Notes under the pieces: model-generated
What the model saw: only the letters and a program-made list of their open reading frames with translations
Databases searched by the model: none
Told to the model about the DNA's origin: nothing
In this document: positions 40,449 to 51,643 of the stretch, piece after piece
How positions within the stretch are numbered: the first letter of the stretch is position 1
How the letters are laid out: every line of letters begins with the position of its first letter
Position numbers and translations under genes: made by a program
DNA from: a plasmid
NCBI RefSeq assembly: GCF_053078305.1
Contig: NZ_CP166875.1
Reading direction: 5' to 3' (one strand)
DNA length: 64,000 nt

Positions 40449-40796
40449 TTATATGCGGATTCCAGCGCGTTCCGTTCGTTTCGGGTGCTTCCAGTTGATA
40501 CCTTCAAGAAGCATGGATAACTGAGCCGGAGTAAGGTGCACCTTGCCGTCACGGGTGACTGGCCAGACGAAGCGGCCCCGCTCCAGGCGTTTGGTGAAGA
40601 GGCACAGTCCGTCACTGTCAGCCCACAACACTTTTATCTGGTCACCCCGGCGTCCGCGGAAGATGAACAGGTGTCCGGAGAACGGGTCATCCTTCAGGAC
40701 GTTCTGAACTTTTGATGCCAGGCCGTTAAAGCCATTTCGCATATCGGTGATACCTGCAACCAGCCAGATACGCGAACCTGCAGGGAGAGATATCAT
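40449..40796 (-). CDS. IS66 Orf2 (TnpB)
   Basis: 115 aa, characteristic IS66 orf2 sequence. Confidence 0.8.
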   Translation of the reverse strand: MISLPAGSRIWLVAGITDMRNGFNGLASKVQNVLKDDPFSGHLFIFRGRRGDQIKVLWADSDGLCLFTKRLERGRFVWPVTRDGKVHLTPAQLSMLLEGINWKHPKRTERAGIRI

Positions 40797-41473
40797 CAGT
40801 GGCTGCTCCCTTTTATTTCGCGGATAAGTGTCTGTAATAACGCCGGCGTCAGTTTACCTTTAAGCCTGAGAGTTCCGGCCGGCAGAACCAGCTCACAACA
40901 CAGACTGTCGGACGGTGTATTTATCTGCTCTGGTTCCTGTGCGGGGGCCGGGATTTTATTATCCGGCTCCGGCGTTAACGTCACGGGAAGCAGTGCCGGC
41001 ATATTTTTTCCGGAAGGCAGCAGGCCACCTTTCCGGTATTGATGGCGCCAGTTGAAGAGCAGGTTATCGTTGATTCCGTTTTCCCGGGCGATCTGCGCCA
41101 CACAGGCTCCGGGCTGCAGTGACTGCTCCACTAAGGCGATTTTAAACTCATAAGGGAAGTTGGGCCGCCGGGGACGTTTTTTTACCACGGGGGCTTCGGA
41201 TATAACGGTGCTTTCAGGACGTACGACTGGTACCGTGGAAAATTGTCCGTAAAGGCAGGCATCAAGTTCCTGCTCCGACATGCCTGCGGGCAAAGGCCAC
41301 GAAAGGCCAGCTCTCCGAAAGCGCACGAACATACTACAAACTGTTGATTTTGGTACACCCAGGCGACGCCCGGCCACAACCCGGGGTAAATGTTCTTCAA
41401 AGTGAAGACGTAAAGCTTCAGTGATCCAGGTCCGGTGTTTCATACGATAGTGTCCATTAAAAATGATGGACAT
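40796..41473 (-). CDS. IS66-family Orf1-like accessory protein
   Basis: 225-aa ORF immediately upstream of orf2 with overlapping stop/start. Confidence 0.55.
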   Translation of the reverse strand: MSIIFNGHYRMKHRTWITEALRLHFEEHLPRVVAGRRLGVPKSTVCSMFVRFRRAGLSWPLPAGMSEQELDACLYGQFSTVPVVRPESTVISEAPVVKKRPRRPNFPYEFKIALVEQSLQPGACVAQIARENGINDNLLFNWRHQYRKGGLLPSGKNMPALLPVTLTPEPDNKIPAPAQEPEQINTPSDSLCCELVLPAGTLRLKGKLTPALLQTLIREIKGSSH

Positions 41474-41849
41474 TATTTTTGTAGAGCCGGAGGAAACAGA
41501 CCAGACGGTTTAAATGAGCCGGTTACAAACAAATTCGCTTCATAAATTTCATAGTGCAGACCACATCCCCAATGAGCCTGCTTTTCCAGCCTGCTGATCA
41601 CCACATCAGCCCGGATAACATCAAAGGGATTGCGGGAATGAATATTACGAATAAAGCCATCGGTACGTGCTGCTGACATATTTCTGCCCATCTTTAATAC
41701 ACCTCTGTTTTTTGCCCCCATCATCTGTTGAGTTTCGGGAGCCGCGGTTTTGACGTTTTGCGGGGACCTGCCTTTTGTTCCCTCCGGTATTCACCATCAC
41801 CTGTTTGAGAACCTTCGCCGCAAGGGGCATCACTGCCACGGCCGGAAAC

Positions 41850-42160
41850 GACTGTCCGGGGGCAGACCGCAAAAGTTTTTGCCTGCTTTTGGGCAAAAAG
41901 TTTTGCGGGATGTGCATTTCACCCCTGGACTGGCGGAGACGGTTGTGGCTGTCTTTGCCCCCGGCGACAGGGGCTTAAACAGGTGTATGGCACCGGACAC
42001 AACAACGGGCAGGGACCCGCCGCAACGACGAAGAGCGCGTGCGCGAAACGGCGTTGCCCCTTACATCCCGGCGGCCTTTTGCCGGGATGCCAGGAGCGCA
42101 GGCCACGGCGCGACAGAGGCGGCGCGACCGGAACGGTCGCTGCAAGCCCGGGGTTTCGCG
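41850..42160 (-). promoter_or_regulatory. Frpo/ssi-like structured single-strand promoter region, copy A
   Basis: GC-rich non-coding block sharing motifs (CTGTCCGGGGGC, GAGCGCAGGCCACGGCGCGACA, GTCGCTGCAAGCCCGG) with the region upstream of ssb. Confidence 0.5.
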
Positions 42161-42583
42161 TCAGGGATGGAAGCCCGCCAGGGCGGAGACAGCTTCGCTG
42201 GCTCCGTTCACGACAGCCCGCCCCGCCTGGGGGACGCCCGGAAAAGGCATAAGCAGGAGAACAACAAAACAGACAATAATCAGGGCAGCAGTAATCAGAG
42301 TCAGAACAGGAGGAAAAAGAGAATAATCAAAGGGAAGGTGATGTGATTTCCGACAGGTCATAAACAGAGAAGGCGGGGGAAAAGAACGGGCGCCGCAGGC
42401 GCGCGTTCATCCCCGTTCCCGGAGGGAATCGGCCTTCCTGGCAGTCTGGTTGTTCATGCTGCTGCAATGTCAGCAAGGAGAAAGGGGCCACCGGCGAACC
42501 AGCAGCCCCTTTATAAAGGCGCTTCAGTGCAGTCAGACCAGCATCAGCCCTGAAAAGGCGGGCCTGCGCCCGCCTCCAGGTTG

Positions 42584-42742
42584 CTACTTACCGGATTCGT
42601 AAGCCATGAAAGCCGCCACCTCCCTGTATCCGTCTCTGTAACGAATCTCGCACAGCGATTTTCGTGTCAGATAAGTAAATATCAACAGTGTGAGACACAC
42701 AATCAACACACACCAGACAAGAGAGCTGCGTGGTAGTTTCAT
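42584..42742 (-). CDS. hok: Hok type I toxin (flmA/hok-type)
   Basis: 52-aa peptide [52 protein letters not shown]; overlapping upstream leader ORF. Confidence 0.85.
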
Positions 42743-43016
42743 GGCCTTCTTCTCCTTGCGCAAAGCGCGGTAAGAGGCTATCCTGATGTTGTCAGACATA
42801 TGGGATGCCTCGTGGGTTAATGAAAAATTAACTACGGGGCTATCTTCTTTCTGCCACACAACACGGTAACAAACCACCTTCACGTCATGAGGCAGAAAGC
42901 CTCAAGCGCCGGGCACATCATAGCCCATATACCTGCACGCTGACCACACTCACTTTTCCTGAAAATAACCCGCTCATTCAGGCTGTTTACGGGTAATCTG
43001 TGTGATTGTTGCCGCA

Positions 43017-43736
43017 TCACGCCGCCTCCCGGAGTTTGTTCGGCACCATCCACCGCTCCATCTCACGGACAGCGTGACCCGCCTCCCTTGCTGCCATACC
43101 TGCCTCTGCGATGACCTGCCAGAATGGCATATCCTGCCACTGCCAGCGTTCCATCCCGGCCAGTGACGGAAAACGCTCACCCCACTGCCAGAACAGGGTT
43201 TCCAGGTCATGCTCTGCCACCCGGTCACTCCAGCGTGCATACCAGCTTCCGACTGTTTCCGGTGAATGGAACGCCAGTTCGATTTCAGCCTGAGCGACCA
43301 GCGTCTGGTACGCACGGGCTTTCTGCTCTGCCTCCCGTGCCTGCTGGCGGCTGTACTTCTGCATGACCAGCACGGATTTATGGCGACTGCGTTCCCTGAC
43401 ACGGAACCGCACCGACGGGAACAACCGCTCTGCTGCATCACCGGGAAGGGGAAGGAGGCAGACCTCGCCCTGTGTTTCAATCAGCACATCGACGGCATAC
43501 AGCCACTGAGAACGGTTGCCGCGCAGTTCTTCTGCGGTCAGGGACGGCATGAAAAATCGCAGGTCAGACAGCGAAATCCTGCGGCTTCCGTTCAGACAGC
43601 GGAAAAACGCCCCCGCATACGGATATTCCGCCAGCGTGTTACCCTGGTGGCGGCGTTTTTCTGTCTCCGCCACCGCCCGCCATGCGGCCTGTTGCTCTGT
43701 GCTGAGAGGAACCAGTGCCTGTGAACGTGCGCTCAT
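43017..43736 (-). CDS. psiA: PsiA
   Basis: 239 aa; position immediately after psiB as in F leading region. Confidence 0.88.
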   Translation of the reverse strand: MSARSQALVPLSTEQQAAWRAVAETEKRRHQGNTLAEYPYAGAFFRCLNGSRRISLSDLRFFMPSLTAEELRGNRSQWLYAVDVLIETQGEVCLLPLPGDAAERLFPSVRFRVRERSRHKSVLVMQKYSRQQAREAEQKARAYQTLVAQAEIELAFHSPETVGSWYARWSDRVAEHDLETLFWQWGERFPSLAGMERWQWQDMPFWQVIAEAGMAAREAGHAVREMERWMVPNKLREAA

Positions 43737-44167
43737 GCCTGACCTCCTTCCGCCATCAGGATATGGATGATGTCACTGACGCTGTATCCCTGTTCATCCA
43801 GTGATGCCGCCAGTGCCAGTGAATGGCTGACAGCTTCCGGTGCAAACCGCCGCTGCACCTGAACCACCGCAAACGGCTCACCACCGGCATTCACCAGAAC
43901 CAGCACCCAGACCTGAGAGACATCGCCCGGTGAACATAACGCCAGGTGAAAACGTTCGTGGGCAGGCGTGAAACGGACCTGGACGGGGAAAAAGCCGCCG
44001 AACTCGCTGCCGTACTCGCCATTCATCGTCCAGTTGTCCGGCGCATCCAGTTCCCGCATCACGGCGTGTGTCAGCTCACGGCGTTCATCACTTCCGGCAG
44101 CCCGGATATCTTCATATTCCTGTGCGCTCATGGTCTGTAATACATTCAGGGTCAGTTCAGTTTTCAT
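43733..44167 (-). CDS. psiB: PsiB plasmid SOS inhibition protein
   Basis: Start at MKTELT preceded by gggaga; 144 aa. Confidence 0.9.
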   Translation of the reverse strand: MKTELTLNVLQTMSAQEYEDIRAAGSDERRELTHAVMRELDAPDNWTMNGEYGSEFGGFFPVQVRFTPAHERFHLALCSPGDVSQVWVLVLVNAGGEPFAVVQVQRRFAPEAVSHSLALAASLDEQGYSVSDIIHILMAEGGQA

Positions 44168-44221
44168 CACGGTATCTCCCTTGCTGCCGCCCCGTCTCCG
44201 GCGGGGCGGTGTGGTTGTTCA

Positions 44222-46180
44222 TCAGGCGGCATCAGCCAGGTTATCGGCGCGTTCAGTGGCATCCGTCTGTGGACGTGGTGAACCCATCCAGCCAGGCACC
44301 CAGCGGTTGTCTTTCATGTGGAACTCTGCATGTTCAGCGGCATCGCCTTTCTTCATCTTCTCCGCGTCCCGTGCGGCACCGGACAGTCCGGCATCATTCA
44401 GGGCATCGATAATCTGCGGCTTTTTCAGGTGACCGAAGAAGTTTGCTTTTGTCGGCTGCCACCAGTCACGCATGTGAAAGCCGATGGCGCTCTCCAGCGA
44501 GTCCAGCGGACTGCGTGACGTGTGACCATACTCGCGGGTCTGAACGCCGTGGATGCTGCACGCGGTGCAGAAACTGAGCAGTGATAACAGCACGTCCTGG
44601 CTGAGTGACAGGAACGTCGTCATGTCCCGTGCCCATCCCTCCGGTAACAGGGCAGCAAGACGGGCTTTTTCTGCCATCATCGCCATGAATGCGGCACCGT
44701 CCTTCCCCGATGGCGCATCGCTGGTCAGCGAATAATGTTTACATTCCAGGCTGATTTGTGCTGGTTTACTGTACGCTCCGCTGCCAAACACATTCAGGCA
44801 GAGCGTCCATGCCAGCAGTGCCAGAGATTTGTCCGGTTGCTGCATGAGTGCCGCCTGGACTGCCAGCGTGCGTTCGGAAGACATTTTCGTCAGCAGTGGC
44901 AGACTGATTTCCTCCACTGACGCTTTCTCCTGCACCTGTTCCGTGCGGTCAGCGTCGTCAGTCACGTCATCTTCACTGCGCAACTGCACACCACGCTGGA
45001 CACACACATTACCGTAACGCCAGGACACCACCACGCCACTTCCGGCACGCATCTCCGGCGTCCACGCCCTGACCTTCGCCATGCAGTCAATCAGCTTCAT
45101 TTCTGCTGCCAGCAGGTCAGATTCCTCACACTGGTTTTCCAGCGCGTCGTAACGCATCATCAGTTCGTTCAGGCGTTCTTCTTCTGCCTCCGTCAGCACC
45201 GCTTCCGGCTCCGGCAGGTTGCGGTATGCCCGGGAATCTTCACGGCACTCACCGACAGGCTCCATGCGTCCGGCGCACCATTCCCAGCCTTCGGCTTCCC
45301 GAAGGTGTTCAGCGACAGCCTGGAGTTTTTCCAGCAGGGCGGCATCGAGCGCCACGCAGTCCACATAGCCACCCTCGTCATCGCTGAACAAATCAGTACG
45401 CAGTTCGTCAGGTGAGAAAGCATCAGCCCCCACGAAGCGGAATTTAGTGTTGTCCTTCACCGCCACTTCACTTTCCGTAATCAGATTGCGGATAACCCGC
45501 ACATCCGGTTTACCGCCCCATCCTGACTGGCAGGCCGCTTCAAACACCTGCACCTGACGCGCGGTGTCGTTCTCCAGCGCCAGCGCCTGACAGTGCTCGG
45601 TGGTGATGCGGTCTTCTGCCAGCGCATCGAGGATGACAGGCGCAAGGTCTGCCAGTTTCAGCATTCGCTGAACGTGGCGGGGCGAATAACCCAGCAAATC
45701 ACCGATTTGTGCAGGTGTTTTGCCTTCCTGCGCCATTGCACGGAATCCGGCAATCTGTTCGGCAGGGTGCATATCCCGACGATGACCGTTCTCGGTCATC
45801 GATGCGGCAGTCGCCAGCTCCTGCGGAATGACCTTCACACGGACAGGCCAGTCAACCTGAATGATGTCACGCTCTGCCAGCATGTTGAGTGCTGCCAGTC
45901 GGCGACCACCTGCGGCGACACCGTAACGGTCACCTGGCAGGGCATGAACAACCAGATTCTGTAACAGGCCGACACCTTTAATGGAGTCCGCCAGTTCGCT
46001 GACGGACTCCGCAGAATACGGCACCGTGCGCACATTCAGCGGAGACTTAATCAGCGAGGCCAGCGGCACGCTCACTTCCTCCGTCTGCGCCAGCAGGGCC
46101 GACAGGACTGTTTCCTGCGTTTTTGCAGGTTTACGGCTGGATTTACGCTCCGTTTTTGCCTTAGACTCTGTAACTGACAT
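44222..46180 (-). CDS. ParB-like nuclease-domain protein of the leading region
   Basis: Start at MSVTESKAK preceded by gggagg; 652 aa; ParB/Srx-like N-terminal region. Confidence 0.75.
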   Translation of the reverse strand: MSVTESKAKTERKSSRKPAKTQETVLSALLAQTEEVSVPLASLIKSPLNVRTVPYSAESVSELADSIKGVGLLQNLVVHALPGDRYGVAAGGRRLAALNMLAERDIIQVDWPVRVKVIPQELATAASMTENGHRRDMHPAEQIAGFRAMAQEGKTPAQIGDLLGYSPRHVQRMLKLADLAPVILDALAEDRITTEHCQALALENDTARQVQVFEAACQSGWGGKPDVRVIRNLITESEVAVKDNTKFRFVGADAFSPDELRTDLFSDDEGGYVDCVALDAALLEKLQAVAEHLREAEGWEWCAGRMEPVGECREDSRAYRNLPEPEAVLTEAEEERLNELMMRYDALENQCEESDLLAAEMKLIDCMAKVRAWTPEMRAGSGVVVSWRYGNVCVQRGVQLRSEDDVTDDADRTEQVQEKASVEEISLPLLTKMSSERTLAVQAALMQQPDKSLALLAWTLCLNVFGSGAYSKPAQISLECKHYSLTSDAPSGKDGAAFMAMMAEKARLAALLPEGWARDMTTFLSLSQDVLLSLLSFCTACSIHGVQTREYGHTSRSPLDSLESAIGFHMRDWWQPTKANFFGHLKKPQIIDALNDAGLSGAARDAEKMKKGDAAEHAEFHMKDNRWVPGWMGSPRPQTDATERADNLADAA

Positions 46181-46245
46181 AGTTAGTACCTCCCAAAACG
46201 GTAATAATGATTGTCTGCCGGACGCGTTCCCGTCCGGCACCTCTC

Positions 46246-46521
<276 letters not shown>

Positions 46522-46536
46522 TCACAGTCAGGCCAG

Positions 46537-47064
46537 TCAGAACGGGATATCGTCTGAAAATCCGTAATCCTCCCCCTCCGGCGGCTGAGGCTGAGGCTCG
46601 GGCTGCGCGGCCTTACGTCCACGGCCTTTCGTTTTCGCGCCACTTTTTTTCGTCGCGTCAGCACTCTGTGGCTGCCCATTCTGCTGAGGCTGCGGTTGTG
46701 CCTGAGCGTTCTGCTGTGGTGCAATCCCCAGCATCTGCATGGTGCCCGTGGTCTTAACAAGAATTTCAGTGACGTAACGGGTGATACCGTTATCTTCCCA
46801 GCTACGGGTTCGGAGTTGCCCCTCGATATAGACCTGCGCGCCCTTGCGCAGATATTCACCAGCCACTTCCGCGAGCTTGCCGAACAGCACCACGCGGTGC
46901 CATTCCGTCTGCTCCCGCATCTCCCCCGTCTTTTTGTCGCGCCAGCTTTCTGATGTGGCCACCTGCAGGTTTGCCACTGCGCCCCCGTTGGGGATGTAAC
47001 GGACCTCCGGATCATTGCCCAGACGCCCGACGAGGATGACCTTGTTGATACCACGTGCACTCAT
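46537..47064 (-). CDS. ssb: plasmid single-stranded DNA-binding protein
   Basis: OB-fold N-domain, Gln/Pro-rich linker and acidic C-terminal DDIPF tail. Confidence 0.92.
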   Translation of the reverse strand: MSARGINKVILVGRLGNDPEVRYIPNGGAVANLQVATSESWRDKKTGEMREQTEWHRVVLFGKLAEVAGEYLRKGAQVYIEGQLRTRSWEDNGITRYVTEILVKTTGTMQMLGIAPQQNAQAQPQPQQNGQPQSADATKKSGAKTKGRGRKAAQPEPQPQPPEGEDYGFSDDIPF

Positions 47065-47227
47065 GAGAACCTCCTGACTGAAAGATGTGAGATAAACCGG
47101 ATACCGGAGACGGGACGTTCATATGCCCCTTCAGAGGAGCGAAAGCTCCTCCTGCCGTCCACTTCTTCGGGGTTTCTCCCCGCAGTGGACCTTTCCGATG
47201 GGGGCCCGTTTACCGCCTCACGGGACA

Positions 47228-47452
47228 GCTGTCCGGGGGCGGACGCAAAATTTTTTGCCGGGTTCATGGCTAAAAATTTTGTGGCCGGTATATCTTCCCC
47301 TGGACTGATGGAACGGGAGGTGGTTACGTCTGCCCCCCGGAAAGTCCACAGCGGGAAACAGGCCGCAGAGGTGGCGGCAGAAGAGGAGCGCAGGCCACGG
47401 CGCGACAAAGGCGGCGCGACCGTTCCGGTCGCTGCAAGCCCGGGTTTTCACG
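47228..47452 (-). promoter_or_regulatory. Frpo/ssi-like structured single-strand promoter region, copy B, upstream of ssb
   Basis: Homologous to 41850..42160; non-coding, GC-rich, hairpin-rich. Confidence 0.55.
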
Positions 47453-47764
47453 CATCGGACCGTAGCGACAGCCCGAAACCGCGCCAGCGGGTTCGGCGGA
47501 GACTGGCGGGTGCGCCAGCAGTTGCCTGTCGGAGTCGGGCCTGACGACCGGATGCCGCCAGGCAGCCGGGAGCCGAAGGGGCGCATGTGTAAGAAGGTTC
47601 TTTAACGACAGGTCTGTAACAGGTACTTCCTGAAACAACGCCTGTCACCAACAGGAAGGGTAACGGGCGACGCGCCAGCGTGGCCCGCATCCCTTCCGGC
47701 AGGCGCCAGCCTGCCAGGGGTTTTCGCGCGGGCTGACAGGCGGCCTCCACCGCCTACCCCTGTA

Positions 47765-47956
47765 TCACCTGTGCCTGCTGCCCTGAAGGATGTAGTGACC
47801 ACCGAGGAAAACCGCCTGCTGATTCGCCACAAAATCACAGATTTCATCAACAATCTGCGCGGTGGTGAGCGGTTTCTGCCCCATTTCACGACGCCGCGCA
47901 TTAATCACGGCTTTGTAATTGCGCAGAATTTCGCGGGTTTCCGTGCTGATATTCAT
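47765..47956 (-). CDS. hypothetical small protein
   Basis: 63-aa ORF whose start overlaps upstream gene stop. Confidence 0.45.
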   Translation of the reverse strand: MNISTETREILRNYKAVINARRREMGQKPLTTAQIVDEICDFVANQQAVFLGGHYILQGSRHR

Positions 47957-48375
47957 TACCCGTTCTCCCCGTCCAGCGCCTGACGCATTACCCGCATAAT
48001 CTCACGTTCTTCCCTGACAAATGCGTCACCGTCGCCCCCGTTCTCGCTCCCTACAGCATGGAGGCGATAAATTTCACTACCAGCCATCACCATCACTTTT
48101 TCCAGCAGCACCGCAGGGACTGTTACAAGACGGTTTACGCGCTTTTCCTCCATCAGTTCATTGACAATATCGGAAACAACTCTGTCACATGCGCCATATA
48201 CAAAAGCATCGTCCAGCCGCTGCATGACGGTTTCCAGCTCATCGTCTGACAGGTTCCAGTCCCGGGCTATGTGGCGCACATCCCCGCGGGTCAGCACCAC
48301 GGCAAAAACACATTCACTGTCCGGCACGTCTGTATTCAGCACTTCGCGGATAATTTCTTTAACAGTACAGTACAT
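47956..48375 (-). CDS. hypothetical protein
   Basis: 139 aa; ATG preceded by aaggag. Confidence 0.55.
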   Translation of the reverse strand: MYCTVKEIIREVLNTDVPDSECVFAVVLTRGDVRHIARDWNLSDDELETVMQRLDDAFVYGACDRVVSDIVNELMEEKRVNRLVTVPAVLLEKVMVMAGSEIYRLHAVGSENGGDGDAFVREEREIMRVMRQALDGENG

Positions 48376-48421
48376 GTTCTCGTCTCCTTTACAGGGGCGG
48401 CATTGCCGCCCCGTCCGTTAA

Positions 48422-48847
48422 TCAGTCCAGTGCCGCGTAAATCGCGTTACATTCGGGGTGAAATTCGATGTGGCTCCACAACTGCGCATCGCGCATCCGG
48501 TAAAGCTGGGTCAGTCCTGCATCCCCGCTGTCGTGGTACAGCCACAACTGGCGGTTAATCACAAGGGAAGTCAGGATGATACCTGCGGCATCAGCACTCA
48601 CAGTGCGGTCAAACCAGTTTTCACCGTTGACCAGATGAAAACGGTCGCCATCCGGCATCATGTAACCGCCACCGTCCGGCAGGCGGATGAAATGCCAGAA
48701 GCCTCCCTGATATTCCGGCATCATTTTTTGCGCCAGCGCGTACACATACGCCTCGGCATACAGAAAATCGTTGCCAAACAGGTAAGGCAGAAAGGAGAGA
48801 CGGTCGCACTCTTCAACGTTCAGAGTGACAGATTTCGCATACTGCAT
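48422..48847 (-). CDS. antirestriction-family protein (ArdB/KlcA/YfjX-like)
   Basis: Start at MQYAKS inside ORF 48422..49066; motifs [20 protein letters not shown]; family assignment from memory. Confidence 0.65.
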   Translation of the reverse strand: MQYAKSVTLNVEECDRLSFLPYLFGNDFLYAEAYVYALAQKMMPEYQGGFWHFIRLPDGGGYMMPDGDRFHLVNGENWFDRTVSADAAGIILTSLVINRQLWLYHDSGDAGLTQLYRMRDAQLWSHIEFHPECNAIYAALD

Positions 48848-49093
48848 GGGATTTCCTCCGTTGTTCACATATTCCGCGACACCGGGCGGTGCCGTGCCTC
48901 CAGAAAAGCCGGGCGATAAGGCGGGGATGCAAGGGCGCAAGGGAAGCCGCAGCCTGACGCACACGGCTGGCGGGAGTTGGAGGGTGAGACCGCGAAATCT
49001 GAGCGGGTGAACGACCGGAAAATCACGGCAGACGGGAAGGAGGGACCGGGTGACCGCCGCGTGCATTTTACCCTTGCATCCCCGCCAGCGTCA

Positions 49094-49864
49094 TCATTTC
49101 CGGATTTTCGCCAGTGCATCCGCCATGCTGCGGATTTCATCCCGTGCCTCCAGAACAACCTCCCGCAGAATATCCCTGTCAAACCAGCGACGGGACGGTT
49201 CATCCGGTATACGCAGCACATCACAGACCAGACCACTGGCCAGGATATGCTCCACACACTCACAGACCAGGTACATTTCCACCGCCGAAAAACGGGCGCC
49301 ACGGTTCAGAATGGCATCGAGCACCACGGGCAGATTTTCGTCATCTTCATCAAGCCAGCAGGGGTAATCGCTTTCCTTCACGACCAGACGAAAGCGGCGC
49401 GTCTGGCGGGTCAGCAACGTCTGACCGGTGGTGGTCAGCGCCGCCCGGATACGCCGCGTATCTTCTGCCACCTGGTAACAGATGCTTCGTACTGCATTGC
49501 GCACCGCATCAAGAACTGCCCTGATTTCTTCCTCCGTCAGCCATTCACCGGCATACGGGAAAGACACCTGCGTTCCGTCTGCCGGAAGTACCGGCAGCGC
49601 CTGCCACTGGCTGCCGGACAGAACAAGTTCCGCTCCGGTTCCGGTCAGTTTCTGAATGGCGGAGGCCAGGTGCGGCGGCAGTACGCCATCATGGCGGCTG
49701 ATAAGTAACGTCGCCAGCCGGGATATATCCAGTCGCACATAAATGCTGATCCAGCCCGGATAGTGCGGATTCAGTTGTTCAATATCCGTCTCTTCCGGCC
49801 AGCCCTGCGCCAGCAGCAGGTTACGGGCGTGGCGACAAACCAGTGCATTCAGCGTTTTGTTCAT
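49094..49864 (-). CDS. hypothetical protein
   Basis: Start at MNKTLN preceded by ggaga; 256 aa. Confidence 0.55.
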   Translation of the reverse strand: MNKTLNALVCRHARNLLLAQGWPEETDIEQLNPHYPGWISIYVRLDISRLATLLISRHDGVLPPHLASAIQKLTGTGAELVLSGSQWQALPVLPADGTQVSFPYAGEWLTEEEIRAVLDAVRNAVRSICYQVAEDTRRIRAALTTTGQTLLTRQTRRFRLVVKESDYPCWLDEDDENLPVVLDAILNRGARFSAVEMYLVCECVEHILASGLVCDVLRIPDEPSRRWFDRDILREVVLEARDEIRSMADALAKIRK

Positions 49865-49908
49865 GATTAATGGTCTCCCTGAATCGCCGCCCGAAGGCGG
49901 CGATAACA

Positions 49909-50343
49909 TCAGTCGTTTTCGTGTGTGTTGTTTTTCAGCAGGGCGCGGGCCTGATTAACCACCGCCTGACGGCGGGTGACGCATTCCGGGACGACGAGGC
50001 CGTTATCACGGGCGTCCCACTCACGTTTCCACAGTGCCTGTTCGGCGGTCTGAATCAGGGACGCCAGCAGTTCAGCCGGGACGGTCACCTGGCGGTTTTC
50101 GCTCACGTTGCTGATAATCTCCATCGCCACGCCGGAAGAAATACCGGACTCAGTCCGCTGGTCTTCCGGGATGTCCTCCAGGCGCACCAGGACGGTCCTG
50201 ATTTCATGATCGGACAGGGAAATATCCATTCCGTCAGCGAGGGCCTGAATCTCTTCCGGGGACCAGACAACCAGCATCAACGGCGTGTCTCCCGGATACT
50301 TTACTGCCAGCGCCCGGCAGAGCGTTTCGCATGTTCCGTACAT
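49909..50343 (-). CDS. hypothetical protein
   Basis: Start at MYGTCE preceded by gaggggag; 144 aa. Confidence 0.55.
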   Translation of the reverse strand: MYGTCETLCRALAVKYPGDTPLMLVVWSPEEIQALADGMDISLSDHEIRTVLVRLEDIPEDQRTESGISSGVAMEIISNVSENRQVTVPAELLASLIQTAEQALWKREWDARDNGLVVPECVTRRQAVVNQARALLKNNTHEND

Positions 50344-50354
50344 ACTCTCTCCCC

Positions 50355-50576
50355 TCAATCTTTGAAGCAGGAATCCAGTTCCAGAATTTCGGTATATGCC
50401 TCCATCAGGAGGCGGTTTGCGCGAAACAGCGTCTGACGCACCAGACGTTCCGGCAGGGTGTCAGCATTAAAGCTGTACCGCCGCTCCATCTCATTCATGG
50501 TTGTACGCAGGTCGCACATGGCATTGGCCACCTCCGCCACTTCGGCGCGAAGGTTTTCATGTCCGGCATAGTTCAT
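50355..50576 (-). CDS. hypothetical small protein
   Basis: 73-aa ORF adjacent to methyltransferase stop. Confidence 0.45.
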   Translation of the reverse strand: MNYAGHENLRAEVAEVANAMCDLRTTMNEMERRYSFNADTLPERLVRQTLFRANRLLMEAYTEILELDSCFKD

Positions 50577-51260
50577 TTACGCAGCCTCCGGCATAAACCA
50601 GTCATCATTTGCGGCCCCCTGCTGCATGGCCCGCTGTACGGCAGCCAGACGTTGCTGTCCGGCACGGTGATACTGCTCAAGCAGCTCGATACCGATATAC
50701 CGGCGTCCGGACTGGAGGGCGGCGACGCAGGTTGAGCCGCTGCCTGCAAACGGGTCCAGCACAATCGCGTTCGGATGTGTGAAGCTCTCAATCAGTGGTT
50801 GCAGGCTGGTAACGGGCTTTTCCGTCGGGTGATGGCGGTTGCCCGAATATTTCCAGCCCAGCACATCCGGCAGCGGGTTACGGGGCCGGGCCGGACTGCC
50901 CTTTGCCAGGATGTAAGCGCATTCGTGGCGGTACGCGACATACACAGATTTGGATGTGTAGTTTTTGGTGAAGACCAGGTGCCCAACCACGCTGAATCCG
51001 GCGCGTTTCCAGGCCGCCATAAAGCGGTCAATACGGTGCCAGCCGTAGAAGCTGACCATCAGCGCGTCTTTTTTGAGTACGCGGTACATCTCATTGCTGG
51101 CAGGTTGCAGCCAGTCATCATTAACGTCACCGGCAATGGTGCGCCCGGAACGGTCACGGAAACCGACGAGATATGGCGGATCGGTTAATATGAAATCAAT
51201 GGCGTTATCAGGAATCGTGGCCATAACACGCACGCAGTCACCCAGGATAAAACGGGACAT
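50577..51260 (-). CDS. orphan DNA N6-adenine methyltransferase
   Basis: Start at MSRFILGDC preceded by aaggag; DPPY catalytic motif; no restriction endonuclease partner seen nearby. Confidence 0.8.
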   Translation of the reverse strand: MSRFILGDCVRVMATIPDNAIDFILTDPPYLVGFRDRSGRTIAGDVNDDWLQPASNEMYRVLKKDALMVSFYGWHRIDRFMAAWKRAGFSVVGHLVFTKNYTSKSVYVAYRHECAYILAKGSPARPRNPLPDVLGWKYSGNRHHPTEKPVTSLQPLIESFTHPNAIVLDPFAGSGSTCVAALQSGRRYIGIELLEQYHRAGQQRLAAVQRAMQQGAANDDWFMPEAA

Positions 51261-51643
51261 AACAGCTCCTTCTCTTACAGAGGGCACCGGGAGGGCACCC
51301 CTGTGGTGCCCGTTCCCCGCTGCCTGTGGGCTGTACACCGCGTCCGGTAACGGGTCAGGCCGACCGTGGAATACCGCAGCCGTCGTCTTTTTGACGGCAA
51401 GGTTATGCCGCGAAAGCGGCTTGAAGGGCGTTCATCAGAAAAGGGCGACGGGCTGGCGTACACTGTCACCGACGCCAGCCGGGAGCGGTAAAAGCGCCCG
51501 TCCCGTGCCCGGCCGGACGCGGGACACTGACCACAGGCAGCGTTTATGCCGCGCCGCATCAGCCGGCGCAGTAAAAAGAGGAGCACAGCGACATCCTTTA
51601 CCGGAAAAGAAACGGGCGGTTGCCCGCCCGTCTCCGTCATACT

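Larger units (their letters stand above)
40206..41780. mobile_element. IS66-family element, truncated at the Tn3-family insertion; distal end approximate
   Basis: Contains orf1, orf2 (TnpB) and only the first ~75 codons of the transposase; distal boundary placed where Frpo homology begins. Confidence 0.55.

Noticed and set aside
41750-42346. Several overlapping ORFs (67-198 aa) within the GC-rich region 41750..42400
   Set aside because: Region is homologous to the non-coding structured region upstream of ssb; ORFs are Arg/Pro/Gly-rich frames typical of GC-rich non-coding DNA
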